Positions 27,200 through 43,200 of a stretch of 64,000 bases of DNA are shown here, in pieces. This stretch comes from Chrysomallon squamiferum (taxonomy: Eukaryota; Animalia; Mollusca). The notes beneath the pieces were generated by a model, which saw only the letters and a list, made by a program, of their open reading frames with translations, made no database searches and was not told the origin of the DNA. The translations under genes and the position numbers were made by a program. How positions within the stretch are numbered: the first letter of the stretch is position 1; each line of letters opens with the position of its first letter. The stretch covers positions 4,960,001 to 5,024,000 of the forward strand of contig CM022676.1 of NCBI GenBank assembly GCA_012295275.1, read 5' to 3'.

Positions 27200-29908
27200 G
27201 TAACCAACTAATATCCATCATAACAACAGGGCGGAATAAGACAGGGAATAATAATAAACGATGTTGATAATCAACTGCTTCTGTACAGTACGATACTACA
27301 ATAATAATAATAATAATAATAATAACAATAACAACAATAATAACAATAATAATAATAAAAACAATAATAATAGTAAAAATAATAATAACAATAATAGTAA
27401 CAGTAATAATAAAAATAATAATAATAATAGTAATAATATAATAACTGTAATAACATAATAATAATAACAGTAATAATAATAATAACAATAATAATAACAA
27501 CAACAATAATCACAATAATAATGATGATGATGATAGTAACAATAATAATGATAATATTAATAGTAACAGTAATAATATAATGATTATAATAATAACAGTA
27601 ACACTAATAATAATGATGATGATCATCAACATAATTATTTTAATAATAATAATCAGCTTATTACTACTAATACTACTACTACCACTACTAACAATAATTT
27701 ACTACTACTAATCTAAAATTATCACTAATACTACTTCTACTATTAACATCCTTAATGTACAATTATTATTAATAACAATAATAATCATAATAGTAAAAAT
27801 AATGGTGAATAATGATAATGATAAAAACGGTAATGCTAATGATGATGATAAAAATGGTAATAATAATAATGATGATGACGATAAAAATGGTAATAATAAT
27901 GATGATGATGATGATGATGATAAAATGGTAATCCTAATGATGATGATGATGATGATGATGATAAAATGGTAATCCTAATGATGATGATGATCATGATGAT
28001 AAAAATGGTAATAATGATGATGATAAAATGGTAATAATAATAATGAAGATAATAAAATGGTAATAACAATAATGATGATAATGATGACAATAAAAATGGT
28101 AATAATAATAATGATGATAATGATGATGATGATGATGATGACAAGAACAGTAATAATAATGATGATGGTGATGATGATGATGTCAAGGACAATTACAACA
28201 TATTTAAAAGTTTATAGTAATAAAAGGAATATAAAAATAAAAAAGGACAAATACTTTCTGTGACCTCCTGCATGCCCCCTTCAGACTGCTCCTTTTCAGT
28301 CTGACTCAGTGTGGCTCCTTCAGAGGTCTCGTCCTTCTCCTTCTGACCTGCAAATCATAATGCCCAAATTTTTGGTAATTTGGTAATTTGGTAATTCGGT
28401 AAATTGGTTAAGTTTCTGTTACGGTAATTTTCGCAATGGTGAAAGGCAAATGACAAAGAATTTGAAATTTTTTACCCCCCAAAAATAGTTGATTACATGT
28501 TGTTAAGCTTGTGATTTACTGAAATGGGAATTTAAAAAAAAAATGGAGGAAATAGTTCAAAAATTTACAAAACAGAAACACAAACATACAGATATACAGA
28601 TCACTGCAACAAGTATGTATCCAAAACATCATAACAGATGTATAGGAAGACGTATACACTCATACAAAGAAACAAAAATACACACACACACAGATATATA
28701 CACACACATACATACATACATACACATACATAAGTATGTGTATGTGTGTGGGTGTGTCTATATATATAGATAGATAGATATTGTAAGCATATACAATAGA
28801 GCTTCATGCAGACACAAGTGCAGATACACACAGACAGACAGACAGACCTGTTTCTCCAGATTCTTCGTGTTTTTCTGTGTTAGTTTTGTCAGTTTCTGAC
28901 ATCCGGGAAGTGTCACTGCCAACTCTCGGACGTCTGTCAGTGTCAGAACTGTCGTCAGCCTCAAAACCCTGAAAATAAATAAACAAATAAACAAACAAAC
29001 AAATAAATGAACCAACAAATAAACAAACAAACAAATAAACAAATAAACAAACAAATAAACAAACAAACAAACAAACAAACAAATAAATAAACAAACAAAT
29101 AAATAAATAAGTAAATAAATAAGTAAAAATAAATAAACACATAAATAAATATATATATATAACAAAAAAACAAGAAGAAAAACTTGATGAATGTAAGAAA
29201 GAAAAAAGAAGAAAAAGATTCTATTTCATAGGCCATTTATCTTTACTGTACATTAAATATGTTCATGTGTGTGTGTGTGTACATATCTGTGTGTTTGTGT
29301 GTTTGTGTGTGTGTCTGTGTGTATTTACTTTAGTACATCTGCACCTGTCTTTCAAATATGTATGGATGTAAGTACGGATGGATACATATTTATGAAATGA
29401 GTATATACATATATACATATATGTGTGTGTGTGTGTGTTTTATGATTATATATATATACATATATCTTACAGAAACATACCACCAATAAAAAAAAAAATA
29501 AAAAAAATTATTATCTGTAATACATTAATAAGAAACACATAAAATAAAATATAAAAAAAAAAAAAAAAATAAAATTATTAACTACAATAAATTAATAAGA
29601 AACGGCTAAAAAAAAAATTTAAAAAATATAAAAAAAAATAAAATAAAAAATCAACAAACATCATCTGCATCAAAATCTTTCCCAAAACCTTCAGGCAGGG
29701 AACCCCCGACAGCCTCGTCAAACAGCTCGAGAAAGTAGGTCAGAGTAAACGTGTATTCCTTGTGGATGGTCGCCAGACTCCTCAGAACGGAATACAACAT
29801 GGACGCCCTGCGAGCGAGGGGAAACAACTCGTCCTTCAGCAGTTCCAGATCATCCAGCAGATTCTGCGTGTTGTCAAGGTTCTTGGCAAGCTGGAAGGAC
29901 GAGGAGAA

Positions 29909-29947
<39 letters not shown>

Positions 29948-30350
29948 AGTTTTGTTGAGTCTAAGAGACAACAATGATCATCTGAGATGTAAAAATAAAG
30001 TTATTAAAATTTGAAGAAACACAAGCTGTATTAAATGAACGAATTCGTGCCTGTAGGTTATGTATTTATGGGTTTGAATACAGATTTGAATATCAACGTG
30101 GCCAATACATTACTGCTTAATTATTTTTAATTAGATAAACTATCAGTATTGCTATTAACAGCAGAGTCTTCGCATTCAACACCAAGATACATACATACAG
30201 AGAGAGAGAGGTGTTATTAACCTGAACTTTAGCATCTGTCAGATCTATGACAAACTGCAGAGTCTTCGCATTCAACACCAAGATACGTAGATACGTACAT
30301 ACATACATACATACATACATACATACATACATACATACATACATACATAC

Positions 30351-30381
<31 letters not shown>

Positions 30382-33300
30382 CACACACACACACACACAC
30401 ACACTCTCACACACACACAGGCATTACTAACCTGAACTTTAGCATCTGTCAGATCTGTCACAAACTGCAGAGTCTTTGCATTCGACAAGGACACCTCGTG
30501 TCCTCTCGACAACACCAGTTCCTTGACCGTGTCGGACAGATTATACAGCGCGTCCTTCATCAGCTGCATGTTGGTCAGTGCAGTTATTCGCTCCTGGTAC
30601 AGGTCCGGTCGCACTCGGGCAAAAGCTCGGGTCAGAAGGTCTTCAGTCAGTGTGTCAAAGTTCACGCCGTAGTTTATCAGGGTTGTGGTGGAGGCAATTT
30701 CTGGATTGAACTTCGGCATGGCGAGGGGAGTGGAGAGGTAGAAACGGAAGTTTTTGTGGCAGAGAGTTCGTCTGCCGCAGAACATTATCATCCTTGACTC
30801 TGTTGAAAGAAAAAAAAAATACTAAAAGAAATATCTGTGTTATTGCTAATGTTCTATGGGCAGTAGACTTTTAAAACTGGTGTATGCAACTACAAATCAT
30901 TTAGTGTGAATAAACCTTTATTTACAAACTCTCTCTTCAAACTGGTCTATGCTACTACAAATCATTTAGTGTGAATAAACCTTTATATTTACAAACTCTC
31001 TCTTCAGACTGATCTATGCTACTATAAATCATTTAGTGTCAATAAACCTTTATTTACAAATATTCTCTTCAGACTGGTCTATGCTACTACAAATCATTTA
31101 GTGTGAATAAACCTTTATTTACAAACTCTCTCTTCAAACTGGTGTGTGCAACTACAATCATTTAGTGTGAATAAACCTTTATTTACAAACTCTCTCTTCA
31201 AACTGGTCTATGCAACTACAATCATTTAGTGTGAATAAACCTTTATATTTACAAACTCTCTTTGCAAACTGGTCTATGCTACGACAAATCATTTGGTGTG
31301 AACGTACCTTCATCTTCGTCCTTTTCGTTGGCCATGTTTCTGTGATGCATCAGTGGCATGATGATGTTGTCGACGTGCTCCTGACAGTTGCGCAGCAGCA
31401 CCGGCTTCCCTCGCGTGATGGCTTTTTCAAGTATCAGCATCATCTGGGGGTCCGTCCTGTTTAACGGAAAGTCAGAGGTCAAGGTAAGAGGTCAAGGCAA
31501 AGGTCAAGGTTATGGTAATATAAAGGAGCAAATTATAAACAAATAACAGAATCAAATTTGTGAGAAAAAAGAATATTTCTGGTTCTAGAATATGATAATT
31601 GAAAGAAGGAGGATGGAAAGAAGAGGGGAGAAATGAGAATGGATAGACAGAAATGCTACTGGTTGGACATATATAAATGGAATGATGAGTAGTTGTGAAA
31701 ATTATTTTTGAAAAAAAGAAGAAATAAAATAAGAAATAATAATCATTATGATGATGATATGATGATGATAATAATAATATATGTAATAATGATAGTAATA
31801 AATCTGATTCAGACTGATGAACATTACAAATTATTTAGTGTGAACGAACCTTTATTCATTAATTAGCACTTCAGATTGAAATGCATTACTAATTAATAAT
31901 AATAAAAATAACAGAATAACAACAATAGAGAGAAATAAAGATCAGATACGTACAATATATTTAATAAAATCCTTTTAAAACAATGATAACAACAAAAACA
32001 ATAATAACAACAACGACAGCAGGAAAAATTATAATAACAATAACAATAAAACAATCAATAATAATAAACAATTAATTCTACCTAGAAATAACAGGATACT
32101 GCATAATCAACTATACCTACTGTGCGAATAAACGGTTCTCAGGATTTATTTTTATTAGTATACAGAAAAACATTCTAACCAAACAAATTAAATTATAACT
32201 GATATTCATTTATCTTGATACCTACCATCTAATTATGATGTCATCACAGTCAACAGATGATAGATGTGGATATTATTTTTGAAGTTTAAAAAAAAAAAAA
32301 AAAAAAAATCTGTTAGATTCACACTGCAAAATATTAGTATGGCAATTATTAATTACAATTATTTTGTGCAATAGGCAGGTTATTGTATCTATCAGTTATT
32401 TAAAAATTCAAATGAATATCATCTTTCTGTCTGTCTGTGTTTATGTTCAGGTGAAATGTTGGGAGGGTTTTTGTGCTTTCTGTGCATGCATGTGTGTACA
32501 TGTATGTGTATATGTGTGTGTGTATGTTTGTGTGTAATGTATTCATGGATGTTTATAAGAAAGAAACTTTATATAATATCATGTTCCAAACTGAAAAGGA
32601 ACCTAATAATTAGCAATCAACACAAAGAAGTTAAAAAAACAAAACAAAAAAATACTATCTATGGTATGAAACCAATGCTAGTATTGTATTAAAACACACA
32701 CAAACTATATATTAAACACAAAAGCACATCAAACAACTCACATTGACATCCTAGAAATATTAAAAAATTAATTTTTTTGTTTTTAAATTTACAATTAATA
32801 TTTGATTCAGATAACTTAACCTAGCCCTACCCATTCAGTTATCAGTGCAAAAGGCTGACATGCTGAATCTTAAAAGAAGGTGAGTAAGTTTCAGATATTT
32901 TATTTATGTTACTAATTAATTAACGCATACCTGGCATCCATGTCAAGGGAGATAAGTTTTCGCTTGTTTAGCAGTTTGTTTAAACGTCCCAGCCAGAATG
33001 CTCCTTCACCATTGGGGTCAATCATCATTGGAGGTCGTTGCCACGAGCAACACAATATGGCAGCATTCTCAATCTGACTTGGACCAAAATCTGAGTTGAC
33101 GGAATATAGAAAAGTTTTAAAATATTTCTTCAGTTTATACTGAATAAAAAAATCTCTAAAAAAAAACAACTTTTAAAACTAAAACAGAGATTAATATTTT
33201 TAACCCAATTTTTAGTTTTCTTTTTAAAATTTTTACCTTTAAAAACAAAAAAAAGTCATAAATTTATTATTAAAAATCATTAGTGAAGAGGAAATAACTC

Positions 33301-33715
33301 TTACCTTTCCTTATCCATTCATTCAGAGTTTTCTCCCCTACAAGCACCTTTACAAGACTGCGGACATATTTGTTGTACTGCGACGTTGTCAACAACGGTG
33401 CCTGACTCTCGGTCATTAGACTCCCAACATCATCATCATCAGCGTTGTTGTTTACAAACTGCATCAGACGGCCTGCCTGATCTTCTGCATCATCAGTGAG
33501 GTCTGTAACATGAAGTAGTTTTTCTTTTAGATTTTTTAAAGTCTGGTGGCATCTATGTTTAATTTGAGGCAGCCAAAATAGTCAAATTGTGCAGAGAAAC
33601 TGATTTATCAATATAATTTTCGTCTAAGTTTTAAAAATGAATTTGATATATTATTTATTTTATTTTATATTTTTAATTTCTTATTTATTTTTTTCTATCA
33701 TTTTTTTAATTTATT

Positions 33716-33748
<33 letters not shown>

Positions 33749-34235
33749 TATTTTTATTTATTTCATTATTTATTTTATTACTATCATTTATTTATTTATT
33801 TATTTTTTATTATTATTATTATTAAATATTTATTTTTATTTATTTCATTATATATTTCATTACTATTATTATTATTTATTTTTATTTATTTATTTATATT
33901 TATTTTTATATATTTCTTTGGATGGAGGTCAGTTCTATTCAAATACATAAATATTCTTTGAGTGTTTGTTTGTCTGTCAGTGCATCTGTTTTTCTCAGTT
34001 ATATTTCACATTTCTGTGTATAAAGATTATTACAATTATTATACTTTATTATTAGCAAAGATTTTGGTATAAAAAAAGGATAATATGGAAATATACCAAG
34101 TGTAATTAGGTATTTATTTCTACTACCATCCTTTAGATAGAGAGAGTTTTGCTTTTAAAAATCCTCTTAGTCCTAAAGATATTTAAGGGAACAAGACATC
34201 TCTTTTAATTATCTAGAGGTAAAGAAAACCACTTT

Positions 34236-34266
<31 letters not shown>

Positions 34267-34704
34267 TTCTTATTATTATTTTTTTATTATTAATTTATTT
34301 AAAGCAAATAAAAATAACAGTTTTATATATATTATTATAAAAAGAACATTTACAAATACACCGATTATATTTAGGTAAAGAAAATCAATTTTATATATAT
34401 ATATATATATAAAATAAGTTTTATATATTATTATAAAAAGTAACATTTCTTACCTTGATCTTGTTCGGTTGTTTTGTGTTCTGAATCAGTTGCTCGTTTT
34501 TTGGGAGTTTTCGGTGTTTCGGTTTTGTGACTTTCCGGTTCTGAATTGACGGGTGATTTGGGTGACTTCGGGGGAGTCCGAGGGGCTTCTCTGTCTTTCT
34601 GTTCTTTAGTTTCTGCTTTGGTATCAACATCCTTCTCTTTGTCCTTCTTCTCATTTGGACTTTCAGGAATCGTCTAAATAATAAGTTTTATATATACTTT
34701 GTGT

Positions 34705-34781
<77 letters not shown>

Positions 34782-35624
34782 TAATAATAGAGAGAGTCAG
34801 AGAGACAGACAGAAAAAGGAAAGACAGAACAAAAGAAAAAAATAAACTGATAAGATAATAATTTTATTTAAATTTTCTTGTTACTTTATTATTCATTTAC
34901 TTATTTATTTTTTGTAATTTCTATTTTTGTTTACTTTTTATTTATTTATTTTTTTTTTTTTTAAATAACAAGTTATATTACTAATGAACATAGATAAAGA
35001 TGTACATGATTTGATATTATTGTTTACCTTTAGAGGCATATATTCCTCAATGTCATCTAGGTCACCTTGAACAGCAGAAGTGTAGTCAAGATCATAGACT
35101 GAACTTGCACCAGACGCTGTCTTCAGAAAGTTGATAGACCAGTCTATGACTCGACCTTTCAAAAACAAAAAGTCAAATTAAAAATAATCACTATATAAGT
35201 AAAAAATAAAAATTTAAATATATGTTACTACTTTTTTTTAATGTTGTGACAAAAAAGTTTTTTTTTTTATACGATGGTTAATTTTTCAATTTTAAAATCT
35301 CTGAAACTCATTCATTTATATTTTTTTTTCCTTTCCTCCATATTATTTGCAATTTGCCAGGTGCCAACAGACCAGTGAAATTAACAGGAGCAATTATTTT
35401 ACCTGCTGGACCATGCTCAGGTGAAAATATATACGAGAAACAAAGGAATGTAGCAAGCTAAAATGCATGGGAATACGCATGTGTAGACATAGACCTAATT
35501 TAAATAAACACACATTCGTACATACAGACACATGGTTATAGACACTCACATTCAGAAAGAGATATATAGATATATAATGTATGTATTCCATTATATATAA
35601 CAATAACACACACCCACACACACA

Positions 35625-35687
<63 letters not shown>

Positions 35688-35692
35688 AGACC

Positions 35693-35757
<65 letters not shown>

Positions 35758-36577
35758 ACACACACACACTACTACAAACCTCTGAGTCCGTCTATGGAAT
35801 CAATGACAAGAGGGATGCCACGTTCTCTCAGACAGTTCGGCCAGTGCACTGTCAGCATGATTCGCCTGAAGTTGTGGTGGTAGGCGCCGAGGTACGTTGA
35901 GAAGGCCGATGCCATGGCACAGCCTCCAGGCACAGCGAGGATGCGACGTTGGTAGGAGTCGAAGATTTGCTGACATCGCTGTCTTTCATTTTTCAGAATC
36001 TGAATTTAAGCCGTGACAAAAAAGTTTCAGTGTTTTTTTATAACTCATTCATTTTTTATTCATTGTTTTGTAAATGTTTGTCATTCAGAGCCAATTGCAA
36101 AAATTTGAAGGTAGTTATGCACAGACACACAGACACAGACACAGACCCAAACACATGCAAATAACTCTGGTAGTAAAATGACTGAAGTAGTAGTGATAAT
36201 AATGATGATGATGATGACAGTGATAAAATAACTGTACTAGAAGTGTTGTAGAAACAGTAGTGATAGTCACAGTAGTGGTAGTAGTAGTTGTAGCAACCAG
36301 TGGTAGTAGTAGTAATAGTAGTAAGAAGTAATAATAGTAATTGTAGCAGTAATAGAGCAGTTGTGTAAGTAGTAGTAGCAGATATAGTAGCAGTGGTACT
36401 TTCTGTAGTAGTAGCTGTGGAAAAATGATAGAAGTAATACTTATAATGATGGTAGTAGTAGGTGCAGTAGTAAGTGACTAGTATCAGATAGGATAGTAGT
36501 AATAACTGTTACAACATCATCATTATCATCTCCAGCTATAATACCAAAACAATAACAACACCATCACAATAATAATA

Positions 36578-36611
<34 letters not shown>

Positions 36612-36617
36612 AAAAAA

Positions 36618-36650
<33 letters not shown>

Positions 36651-37850
36651 ACAACAACAATAATAATAATTCTATCAAACTGTTTAGCTATTTGTTATGT
36701 AAACTCACTCGTCTGAGCTGGGCTGCAGTTTCCAGTGTTTTTTTCATTCGTATCGTTTTGTCTTCCTGTGCGTTTTTGTCGATTGTCGCTTCTTCAAAAC
36801 CACGAGCCAAGTCTGCCAGTCTCAGATCCAGAGCCTGAAAGTTACAAATAAAATATTTTGGTTGTTATAGATCAGTTATAACATTCTGCAATATAAAACA
36901 GATAACGTAAATATTCAGTTTAATTAACCTCAGTTTAATGATCTTGAAGTCTCAGATCAAGAAACTTAAAGAAAATATTTGTGGTTATGATATGGAAGAC
37001 AAAAGATTTAGCAAGATAAAATGCAAAACTCATTAGGTCAAATTTTCAACTTAATGAACGTCAGTTATATAAACTATGAGTCTCAGACACAGAATCTTAT
37101 ATTTAAAATGTTCGTGGTTGTTATAAACAAGACATAAGATTTTGCAATATAACATAAAAAATTCTTAGAGTAAATAGTCAATTTGATGAACATCATCAGT
37201 TCAGTGAATTTCAAATCTCAGATCCTGAATTTTAAATCAAAACATTCATGGTTACTAATACTGCATATCAGTCATACAGATTAGTTTTCAATATTTCTTT
37301 ATAATAATAACTTTTTTCAACAATATTTTTTTAATTAATAATGTATATATATATATTTTTAAATAATACTTATTTAATAACACTTAATTAAAATATTTTT
37401 TAACAATACTCTTCTTAATAATACTTTTGTTTTTAATAATATTTTGTTTATAACATTTTTTTAATAATACTGTTTTTAACTAAGAAAAAAAAACCTCAGA
37501 TGTTACCTTTCTCTTGCTCTCCAGTGTGTTCATTTTCTGTTTTTTATTTTTAAATAATATTTTTTAAAATATTTTTAACAATACCCTAGTTAATAATATA
37601 TATTTTTTTTAATAATTTTTTTTTGTAACATTGTTTTAGTAATACTGTTTTTAACTAAGGAAAAGATGATGTTGATGATGTTACCTTTCTCTTGCTCTCC
37701 AGTGTGTTCATCTTCTGTTCCGCACTGTCAACTGCCTGCATTGTCTCCTCAACCTTTGAGTGCAGAGGCTTCACTTTGGATATCATCATTCTGTGATATC
37801 TGATGTAATAATAATAATAATATAACAACAATAGAAGTAGTAGTAGTAGC

Positions 37851-37881
<31 letters not shown>

Positions 37882-38963
37882 ATATAACAACAACAATTTT
37901 AATTTTAATTTTAATAATAATAATAATAGTAGTAGTAATAGTAGTAATAATAATAATAATAATAATAATATAACAACAATAACAACATTTAATAATAATA
38001 ATAATAAAACAACAACAAGAATTTTAATTTTAATAATAATGCTGATGATGAAGATGATGATAATAATGATGACTGAAGTAAATATATAATAATAATAATA
38101 ATAATTTTAATAATTATACATTTTAAAACGTAGTGAAATGACAAAAATTAATATTAAATTATTAAATTAACTTCGTTTCAGTTATTTAAACAAAATTGAA
38201 CACTACACACTTGACAACTCCACGAACCCATCTGCACAGCGAAGTGCAAGCTGAGTTCGAAGTTTTCCTCTTCAGCACTTCGGGATCAAAGGAAGCTTTC
38301 TTCAGATAGGGTTCGACGAGGTCAAGGGTCGATTCTGGAAGTTGAGTGTCATCAAAGGTCATCAGCTCTTCAATGAATCTGAAGGAAAAAGATAAAAAAA
38401 ATTATTTCAAAAATGGCCAAAACATTTTGTCTTGAAAGATGTTGGCTGGAAGTTATATATATAAAAAAAAAAAAGACAATAAATTAAATAGAAAAAGTTT
38501 TCAAATTTTTTCAAAGAGAAAACAAAAATAAAATTAAAGATGAAAATAAATAGAAGAATAAAATCAAAGAAAAAAAATAAAAAAATAAAAAATAAATTTA
38601 AAAAAATTAAAAATATTTCATATATAAAAAGAAGAAAAAAGACAAAAACAAATTAAATAAAAAAGTTTTAAAACATTTATACAGAAACCAAAAGAATGAT
38701 AAAACTAAATAGAAGAAGATTCAAATCTTTCATAGAAGAAAAAAAAAAGATAAAATTAAACAGAAGAAATTGATAAATATTTCATAAAGAAGAAAAGATG
38801 AAATTAAACAGAAAAAGTTAAATCATTAATGAGAAAAAGAAAGATGATAGAATTAAACAGAGAAAGAATTAAATCTTTCATAGACAAAAAAGGTCAAATA
38901 AAAATAGAAAAGAAGTTAAATATTTCACAGAGAAAATTGACAGATAAAAAAAAAAAGATAAAT

Positions 38964-38994
<31 letters not shown>

Positions 38995-40189
38995 GTATTA
39001 AAATATATAAAAAGAATGTGTAAAAGATAAAAATAAATGGTAAAAAATTTTTAAAAATATTTATAAACAAATGATAAAAATTAATATTATATTAATGTTT
39101 TGTTAAAGTAATATTCATAATTCACATTTTATTGTTTAAAGTTTGTTACCTTTCTAGATTTGCCATTTGCCTTTTGGCACCTTTTTGCCAAGTCAAATCA
39201 GCTGAAGGAGACTTCACTGAAAATAAAATAATCAATCTTATAAAAACTCAATTCTAGAACCTTTAAAGAATTTGGTACATTATAACGAAAAACTAAACTT
39301 GATAAACGAGAATATTAAGAACAAAAATATTTTTTTTACAATTTTTTTGACTTTTCTAATTCTGTAATTATATAAAAATAAAAAAATAATAATTAATATC
39401 TTATTAAATAGTAAAATATTTTACATTTTCAAACTTACTACAAAAAATAACAGCATGTTAATAAAACAAAAATTATACTGAAGAGCTAAAAAAAACATGT
39501 AAAATTTAAAAATTTAAAAACTAACAGATCATAATAATGGCTGCCATGAGGTCTTCAATTTCAATGATAGGTTTTGACATCGCCCTCAACTCTGACAACT
39601 TATCAACGTCCATGTCCTGTACAATCTTCTTTGTGTCTGCCACTATCGCTATTGCTTTGTATACAGCGCGTTCGTGGGCTACCTGGTATTCTGGTAGCAG
39701 CTGGAAACAAATAAATTAACTAATTAATTAATTAATTAAAATAGTTAAGTAATTAAATACTAGTGATTTATGTAGGTGAAAGACTGGTAGTGAATTTATT
39801 AATAAATAACTGTATCGATATATTTATTTTTTGTTTGTTTTTTGTTTGTGTTTTTGTTTATTTATTTGTTTATTTATTTATTTACTTACTTATTTATTTG
39901 TGTATTTATTTATTTATTTATTTATTTATAACTTCTATTCTGCTTGTAACTGGTAAAATTTTTTTTTTAAATTAAATAAATAAATAATTTATTTTATCTT
40001 AATGAAGTTTGAGAATTTTTCTGTAATGCCATGTTATATGTCTGTGCCTAGACTGCCTTGCACACACAGACATACACATGCATACACAACACAAACATAC
40101 GCACACAAGCACACAACCCAATGCATTTCATACACATAAATCACATCACACACATATAGACACATACACATCCCATTCATCACAACCAA

Positions 40190-40234
<45 letters not shown>

Positions 40235-43200
40235 ATTCTAAGATACCCTCACACACAGAACTGCACTATATCAAAGAACTGTAATATTAAAAAGATATCC
40301 AAGTAAGGTGAAACATCTAAAGACCTTTTTCAGTTTGTGTATTTTCTCCAGCTGATTTTTCACCACTTTGACTTGTTGTTCTGTGATTGCAGTATCCTGA
40401 CCTATCTGTGACAGAATCTTTATTGTTCCCTGTGAAAAAAAAAATTAATAAAAAATAAAAATAAATAAATAAATTTATATGCTTATAATTGTATATGTTA
40501 TAATTACATTATAACATACTGAATGTAATTGTTTTTAAAATATTTACAGACTGAAATTAATACTAAGATTAATTAATTTATTTACATATTCTTTTAAATA
40601 CTTACAAACAAAAAAATTTGGAAAGAGAATAAATGCAGCATATAAACACAACCTTTTTCAGTATATAAATTTTAAAATTCTAATTTAATAAATATAAAAA
40701 CTATATTTTAGAGGTTCTGCTTATAAAAACTCATTAACAAAAAAAGATCTTGTGTTTAAGCTATATTCACAATTTTCTTTATATAGTTAAACTTTAAAAT
40801 TTTACTTTAATAAAATTTAATATAAAAACATAAAGTTTGAAATTCTGTCTATAAATTCTTGTTTTCTAGTTGATTTTTATTTCTATTTTTTTTATAGTTG
40901 AATATTAAAATTCTAATTTAATAAAAATTTTAAATTCTAATTTAATAAATATAAAATTTTTAAATTTAATATATGTATAAAATATAAATTTTAAAATTCC
41001 AGTTTAATAAATATAAACAATAAATCTAAAAATTCCAATTTCATAAATATAAAATATAAATTTTAAAATTCTAAATTAATAAATATAAAATATAAATTTT
41101 AAAGTTCCAATTTAATAAATATAAAACGAAAATTATAACATTCCAATTTAATAAATATAAAACGAAAATTTTAAAATTCCAATTTAATAAATGTAAAATA
41201 TAAATCATAAAATTCCAATTTAATAAATATAAAACGAAAATTATAAAATTCCAATTTAATAAATATAAAACATAAATCATAAAATTCCAATTTAATAAAT
41301 ATAAAATATAAATTTTAAAATTCTAATTTAATAAATATAAAGTATAAATTTTAAAATTCTGCTTATAAAAACTCACCGCCTTCCTCTCCTCCAATACGAT
41401 GATCTCGTGCTCAAGCTGTTTTTTCAGCTTGATGGCAATCTCGTTCTCTTTGCGTATTGTCTGCAGAGTCTTAGTCACAGTCTGCTGTACCTCGTTTACC
41501 AGCTGATGGCGATTTCGAGCCAGAGAGATAAACCTGATACATACAGATAGATAGATAAATACATAAATACATACGTACTTACATATATACATACATACAT
41601 ATGTACATATACTGAGAGAAAAGTAAAAAAAAAATATATAAATATTAAAATAAAACTTTATTTTAAACATATTTCTCAAAAAACGTCTTTGGAATAAGTG
41701 TTTGACTACAGTAATTTTTTAATTATTTTTTTATTTTATTTGTTTATATTTGCTGTTGTTTTTATCATTGTTAATATAATATTATTATTGTAAAGTAATA
41801 CATATTTTTTAAAATATCTTCTTAACATATTTTCAACTAAAATATAATTTTAAAAACTTAGTTTTCTACAAATTTCTCAATGAGTGTTAGTAACAGATAT
41901 ATGTGACCACATACTTTGTTGCTTTTATCTTTTGTCATTATCAACTTATATAACTATAGTAGCATCAAATTTAATTTTTAAACTTTCTTTTTGACAAATA
42001 TTTCATAAGAAGTGTTCATAATAATTATATGTCCAGCCATCATCATTTTGTTTCAATTCCAACCAACTTCTTTTTTTTTTTTTCAGAATTGTCAACGAAT
42101 ATTATTAAAATAGTTATAAATTTTATTTTTTAAACTTACTTTCATAACAAATTTTTCATAAGAAGAGTTTATAATAATTACGTTTCAAGTCCAACTTCTT
42201 CATTTTTTTTTTTTTTCGTAACTTCCAACCTATATATATATTATTATAACAGATTAAAAATTTTAATTTTTTAAAACTTACTTTTCTACGAACTTCTCAA
42301 ACGACGTGTTGGTGATGTGGCGGTACTCTCCAGAGTTACTTTCCCCTCCATCCTGTTGTCGAAGCACGAGGTGCATGGACGCAAGCATGTGTGCGATGTT
42401 TTCACGTTCGATGTCCGACATCCACTCAACCCCTGGATGAAAAACATTCGAATGAGATTCTAAACTAAAATTTTGATTATTTTCATTTCTACATACATCT
42501 CTGACCATTTTTTTTTCATGATATTTTTTAAAAATTTAGTTAAATAAAGTCGATCAAGTCATTTTCATTTCGTTCGCTTCTGGCATTTTGACACGTCGGT
42601 TGTAATAACATTGCTACATGGAAGAATAAAAATAAGCACAGCAACGTAAAACTACTTGATTAAAACTGAAAATTAAAAATGATAATCCAGGGTGGAAGAT
42701 TAGATTTTAATTCTGTAGAAAATCATATCTAACAAAATACAACTGTAACTAATTGTAACAAGTAATACAAATGACACAGGGATAAAATATGTTCAACTTA
42801 CCACGCATATGTCACAGGGAATATTCAAGTTTCAACTTACCATGCAGGTGATAGAGGGAGTATTCAAGTTTCAACTTACCATGCAGGTGATAGAGGGAAT
42901 ATTCAAGTTTCTATATTTTAAAACTGTGTTCAACTTACCACGCAGTTGATAGTGGGAGTATTCTAGTTTCTACTTACCAAGCAGATGACAGAGGGAATAT
43001 TCATGTTTCGACTTACCACGCAGGTGACAGAGGGAATATTCAAGTTTCAACTTACCACGCAGGCGACAGAGGGAGTATTCAAGTTTGAACTTACCACGCA
43101 GGTGACAGAGGGAGTATTCAAGTTTGAACTTACCACGCAGGTGACAGAGGGAGTATTCAAGTTTGAACTTACCACGCAGGTGACAGAGGCAGTATTCAAG

